Of a stretch of 64,000 nucleotides of DNA, positions 60,210-64,000 are shown piece by piece. Within the stretch, counting starts at the first letter, position 1. Each line of letters opens with the position of its first letter. Both the position numbers and the translations under genes were made by a program. Location: the NCBI GenBank assembly GCA_945897435.1, contig CAMDFJ010000002.1, positions 6,031 to 70,030 on the forward strand, read 5' to 3'. The notes under the pieces are model-generated. The model saw only the letters and a program-made list of their open reading frames with translations. It was not told the origin of the DNA and searched no databases. The stretch comes from Candidatus Kuenenia stuttgartensis. GTDB lineage: Bacteria > Planctomycetota > Planctomycetia > Pirellulales > UBA1268.

Positions 60210-63200
60210 TCAGCAGAAATCCCGCGACATTCTCGGGAGCGATGCGATCGCGGAAGGGGTGGGGGAAACCGCCGGGCCTTCCTGCGGGACGGCCGTTTCC
60301 AGGCCCGTCGCCACGACATGCACGACAGGCCCGCGACGCTGCACCCGTCCCTGCACGACGAGCACCGCCGCGCGGCGGGCCAGATGACCGGAACGCTCCC
60401 AGACATCGGGCCTGACCACGACATTCACGGCGCCGGTCTCATCCTCGATCGTCAGAAAGATCGTCCCCTTGGCCGTGGCGGGCCGTTGCCGGGTGAGCAC
60501 GATGCCGGCCACCCGCACGCGGCGTCCCTCGGGAGCAGCCGTCGCGGCCACGGCCGTGACGATCCCCTGGGATGTCAGCCGCCCCCGCTCGAACTCGATC
60601 GGATGAGCGGCGAGCGAAAGACCCGCAGTGCGGTAGTCGGCGATCACCTCGTCCTGCCGCGACATGCTGGGCAGCGCCGGTGCGTCGAGTTGATCGTCGT
60701 CCTCGAGTCCCTCGAGCAGCGGCCGGCTCTGCGGTCGTTCGAGACAACGCATGCACTCCCAAACGGCACGCCGCCGGTCGAGCCCCAGCGAGGCGAGGGC
60801 CCCCGCCCGCGCCAGATGGAGCAGCGACTCGCGATCGAGGCCCGCCCGGCCCGCCAGTTCGTGGGGTGATGCGAAACAGCCGTCGGCCCGCGCCGCCTCG
60901 ATCCGCCGTCCCGCCGCCTCGCCGAGGCCGTAGACCTGCTCCAGCCCGAGCCGGATGGCAGGCTGAAACGAGGCTCTGGGGGACCAATTCGCGGCCCCGT
61001 GGGCCGTTTTGAATCCCCGCGCCGGCGGTTCCCGCACAGGCTCGAGCGTCGCATGCCAGTGGCTGGCATGCACATCGACCGGCAGCACCTTCACACCGTG
61101 GTTCCGGGCATCCCGGACGAGCTGGGCGGGGGAGTAGAACCCCATCGGCTGGCTGCCGAGCAGGGCGGCCGTGAAGGCCGCTGGATAATGGCACTTCAGC
61201 CATGCCGACACATAGACGAGCAGGGCGAAGCTCGCCGCGTGCGACTCCGGAAAGCCGTATTCGCCGAAGCCGCGAATCTGCGTGAAGACCTGCTCGGCGA
61301 ACTGCCGCGAGAGTCCGCGGGCAAGCATGCCGTCGACGAGGCGGCGATGAAACTCGTCGATCACACCCGGCCGCCGCCAGGCTCCCATCGCCCTGCGAAG
61401 CTGATCGGCCTCGCCAGGCGTGAAGCCGGCGGCAACGACGGCCAGTCGCATCGCCTGTTCCTGAAAGAGCGGTACTCCGAGCGTTTTTTCAAGGACCTCC
61501 CGAATGGCATCGTTGGGATACGCGACCGTCTCCTCACCCGATCGTCGCCGTAGGTAGGGATGCACCATGTCACCCTGAATGGGCCCCGGCCGCACGATCG
61601 CCACCTCGATCACAAGATCGTAGAAGCAGGCCGGTCTCAGCCGCGGCAGCATGCTCATCTGGGCCCGGCTCTCGATCTGAAACACGCCGACGGTATCGGC
61701 CCGCGACACCATCTCGTAGACGGCGGCGTCTTCCGGGGGCACCGTGGCCAGCGTGAGCCTCGGCCCACCGGCCGACTCCACCAGCTCGAATGCCCGGCGG
61801 ATCGCCGACAGCATGCCGAGGGCGAGACAGTCGACCTTGAGGATGCCGAGCTCATCGAGATCGTTCTTGTCCCATTGGATCACGGTGCGGCCGGCCATGG
61901 CCGCCGGCTGGATCGGCACCAGATCGCAGAGATCACCGCGGGTCATCACCATGCCGCCGACATGCTGGCCGAGATGCCGCGGAAAGCCGACGAGCTGGCC
62001 GACGAGGGCCGTGATTCGGGTGCAGGTCTCATCGGCCGGGTCGAGCCCCGCCTCGCCGAGCCTCGTCGGCAGATCCTCCGGGTGATCTCCCACATCGATC
62101 ATGCCCGCGATGGCATTCACCCGATCGAGCGAAAGCCCGACTGCCTTGGCCACGTCGCGGACGGCTGAACGCAGCCGGTAGCAGATCACCTCGGCTGTCA
62201 TCGCCGCCCTCTGCCGTCCGTAGGTGTCGTAGATGTACTGGATCACCTCCTCGCGGCGGCTGTGCTCGAAGTCGATGTCGATGTCGGGGGCCTCGCACCG
62301 CTCGCGACTGATGAACCGCTCGAAGAGCAGATCCATCCGCTCGGGATCGACCGACGTGATTCCCAGGCAGTAGCAGATTGCCGAGTTGGCTGCCGAGCCC
62401 CGCCCCTGGCAGAGGATGCCGCGTCGCCTGGCAAACCGCACGATGTCGAACACCGTGAGGAAGTAGGCCTCGTAGCCGAGTTCGCCGACGAGGGCGAGCT
62501 CGTGGGTGACGAGGGCCCGCACCTTCTCGGGAATGCCGGATGGATACCGTTTGGCCGCCCCCCTCCAGGTCAGTTGTGCCAGGTGTTCCAGCGGCGTCAG
62601 CCCCTCCGGCACGTCCGCCGACGGATACTCATACCGCAGTTCATCGAGTGAAAAGCCGCATCGTGCGGCAACCTCGGCCGAGCGTTCCACGGCCCCGGGC
62701 AGGCTGAAAAACCGCTCGGCGATCCGCCGACGATCCTGCAGATGCCGCTCACCGTTTGAGAGCAGCCGACCGCGAATTGCCTCGATGGTATCGCCATGCC
62801 GCACGGCGGAGAGGGTGTCGAAAAGAGGCATGCGACCACGCTCGTGGTAGCGGACGTCCCCGGCCGCAACGAGAGACACTCCGCTCTGGCGACCGATGGC
62901 GGCATACCAGGCCAGCCGCTCCTCGTCGTCTCCCTCGAGCGCGATCTCCGCAATCCCGTACAGACGCTCACCAAACACGTCCCGCCACTGCATCACAGCC
63001 TCAACCGCCTCGCGATCAGAGGGGCCGGGATCGCCCCGGCCGGAATCGCGGGGATGCCTCTCGCTGCGACCGTGCATGACCGCCGAGAGCGGCAGACCGG
63101 CCAGCAGCCCCTCGGCATGCGCCGCGATGTCGTCGTAGGAAAGCAGGCAGGCTCCGGCCGGATCGGCCGCCTGCGAAAAGCCCCGAGTGAGCAGCCTGCA

Positions 63201-63488
63201 GAGGTTGCCATAGCCTGTTCGATTGGCCACCCAGACCACGAGCGGCGCGGCGTCGACGGGCTCCAGATGGCAGCCGACAACAAGCCGGATACCTGCCTCC
63301 TTCGCCGCCCCATGGGCCCGCACGATGCCGGCGATCGTGCCCCGGTCGGTGATCGCGATCGCCTCGTAGCCGAGCGAGTGGGCCCGCTGCACCAGTTCCC
63401 CGGGATGCGAGCCGCTCTGCAGAAATGAAAAGTTGCTGGTGCAGTGGAGCTCTGCATACCGCAGATCGTCCTGATGCCTTCCGATCAT
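60210..63488 (-). CDS. dnaE2: error-prone DNA polymerase DnaE2 (ImuC)
   Basis: Track ORF trimmed to ATG at 63488. YAELHCTSNFSFLQSGSHPGELV (PHP domain), GRGSAANSAICYCLGIT, DIDIDFEH, about 1090 aa, directly downstream of imuB (11-nt gap). Confidence 0.93.
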   Translation of the reverse strand: MIGRHQDDLRYAELHCTSNFSFLQSGSHPGELVQRAHSLGYEAIAITDRGTIAGIVRAHGAAKEAGIRLVVGCHLEPVDAAPLVVWVANRTGYGNLCRLLTRGFSQAADPAGACLLSYDDIAAHAEGLLAGLPLSAVMHGRSERHPRDSGRGDPGPSDREAVEAVMQWRDVFGERLYGIAEIALEGDDEERLAWYAAIGRQSGVSLVAAGDVRYHERGRMPLFDTLSAVRHGDTIEAIRGRLLSNGERHLQDRRRIAERFFSLPGAVERSAEVAARCGFSLDELRYEYPSADVPEGLTPLEHLAQLTWRGAAKRYPSGIPEKVRALVTHELALVGELGYEAYFLTVFDIVRFARRRGILCQGRGSAANSAICYCLGITSVDPERMDLLFERFISRERCEAPDIDIDFEHSRREEVIQYIYDTYGRQRAAMTAEVICYRLRSAVRDVAKAVGLSLDRVNAIAGMIDVGDHPEDLPTRLGEAGLDPADETCTRITALVGQLVGFPRHLGQHVGGMVMTRGDLCDLVPIQPAAMAGRTVIQWDKNDLDELGILKVDCLALGMLSAIRRAFELVESAGGPRLTLATVPPEDAAVYEMVSRADTVGVFQIESRAQMSMLPRLRPACFYDLVIEVAIVRPGPIQGDMVHPYLRRRSGEETVAYPNDAIREVLEKTLGVPLFQEQAMRLAVVAAGFTPGEADQLRRAMGAWRRPGVIDEFHRRLVDGMLARGLSRQFAEQVFTQIRGFGEYGFPESHAASFALLVYVSAWLKCHYPAAFTAALLGSQPMGFYSPAQLVRDARNHGVKVLPVDVHASHWHATLEPVREPPARGFKTAHGAANWSPRASFQPAIRLGLEQVYGLGEAAGRRIEAARADGCFASPHELAGRAGLDRESLLHLARAGALASLGLDRRRAVWECMRCLERPQSRPLLEGLEDDDQLDAPALPSMSRQDEVIADYRTAGLSLAAHPIEFERGRLTSQGIVTAVAATAAPEGRRVRVAGIVLTRQRPATAKGTIFLTIEDETGAVNVVVRPDVWERSGHLARRAAVLVVQGRVQRRGPVVHVVATGLETAVPQEGPAVSPTPSAIASLPRMSRDFC

Positions 63489-63499
63489 GCCTGTCTCCT

Positions 63500-64000
63500 T
63501 CAGCCGAACATCCCGTGCAGAAACCAGCCGCCGTCCCGCAGCCTGCGGAAGAGCCAGAACCGCCCTCCGGACGTCGTCTCGACCACGTAGTAATCGCGGC
63601 GCACGATCGGCCCTCGCCACCAGGCCGTCTCGATTCGTTCGGGACCGTGGGCCCGTACGACATCGTGAACCTGCGAGCCGAACCGAAATCGCACCGGGGG
63701 GCCGTCGGGCATGACCGACACGGCCTCCAGGAGCACCGGTCGGGGTGAGAGCCAGATCGGCCGTCGCTCCGACGGGATGCCCGGCCGCCGCTGTGGTGTG
63801 GCATTCGATCGGGCGGCCGCTGCCGACCGGCGGATTCGTGTTGCGGAGGGTGGCACGCCCACCCAGGCGTGTTCGGGCTGCGCATCGGCAATGGGTCTGG
63901 GCTCGAAGACGGCGCTACGACCAAGTCGGCCCGAAAGCCTGTCGAGCAGCATGCCGACCTCGGTGGCCGCAGACTCCGTCGCTTCACCAAAAAGCATCCG
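63500..64000 (-). CDS. imuB: ImuB-like Y-family polymerase homologue, C-terminal part only (gene runs off the right edge)
   Basis: The reading frame is open to the window edge. The C-terminus ...ERIETAWWRGPIVRRDYYVVETTSGGRFWLFRRLRDGGWFLHGMFG is as I remember ImuB tails. Position immediately upstream of dnaE2. Confidence 0.7.
   Translation of the reverse strand, partial: RMLFGEATESAATEVGMLLDRLSGRLGRSAVFEPRPIADAQPEHAWVGVPPSATRIRRSAAAARSNATPQRRPGIPSERRPIWLSPRPVLLEAVSVMPDGPPVRFRFGSQVHDVVRAHGPERIETAWWRGPIVRRDYYVVETTSGGRFWLFRRLRDGGWFLHGMFG

Overview
This is a high-GC, gene-dense window with about 60 protein genes and 4 tRNAs. I saw no rRNA, CRISPR/cas, transposase or integrase genes. The gene content looks like Planctomycetota/PVC, but that is an inference from a PVC-type CxxCH heme protein, a PEP-CTERM protein, a BBP7-like outer-membrane barrel and a fused aroD-aroE. 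Most of the window is core housekeeping. It holds a complete F1Fo ATP synthase operon (atpZ-I-B-E-F-H-A-G-D-C), typA, uvrB, mutL, pnp-rpsO, rpsU, nadC, hisH-hisA, aroK/aroDE/aroC, purC, cysE/epsC, corA, two tatA paralogues and imuB-dnaE2. The less ordinary protein content is threefold. First, a circularly permuted ATP-grasp / alpha-E / transglutaminase operon sits divergent from an Anbu-type proteasome homologue. Second, an MscS-type channel with a cNMP-binding domain lies next to a class-II phosphodiesterase-like hydrolase. Third, there is a receiver-adenylate cyclase, an FHA-GAF-PP2C phosphatase, and a sensor-less histidine kinase paired with a sigma-54 activator. The signal I consider most novel is non-coding. 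A composite multi-hairpin repeat occurs twice in tandem at 4528-4805 and once at 28776-28856. Each locus ends exactly at the stop codon of a minus-strand gene. One stem shows compensatory base-pair changes, and every loop carries UCC (minus strand) or GGA (plus strand). Other repeat structures are an 11-nt phased repeat in the tatA leader, hairpin repeats between an orphan tRNA-Ile/tRNA-Ala pair, a duplicated tRNA-Gln 3' end, and a 14-bp repeat across the purC stop. All product calls rest on motifs I recognise by eye. No BLAST, HMM or folding software was run, and several start codons are hand-trimmed from the ORF track.
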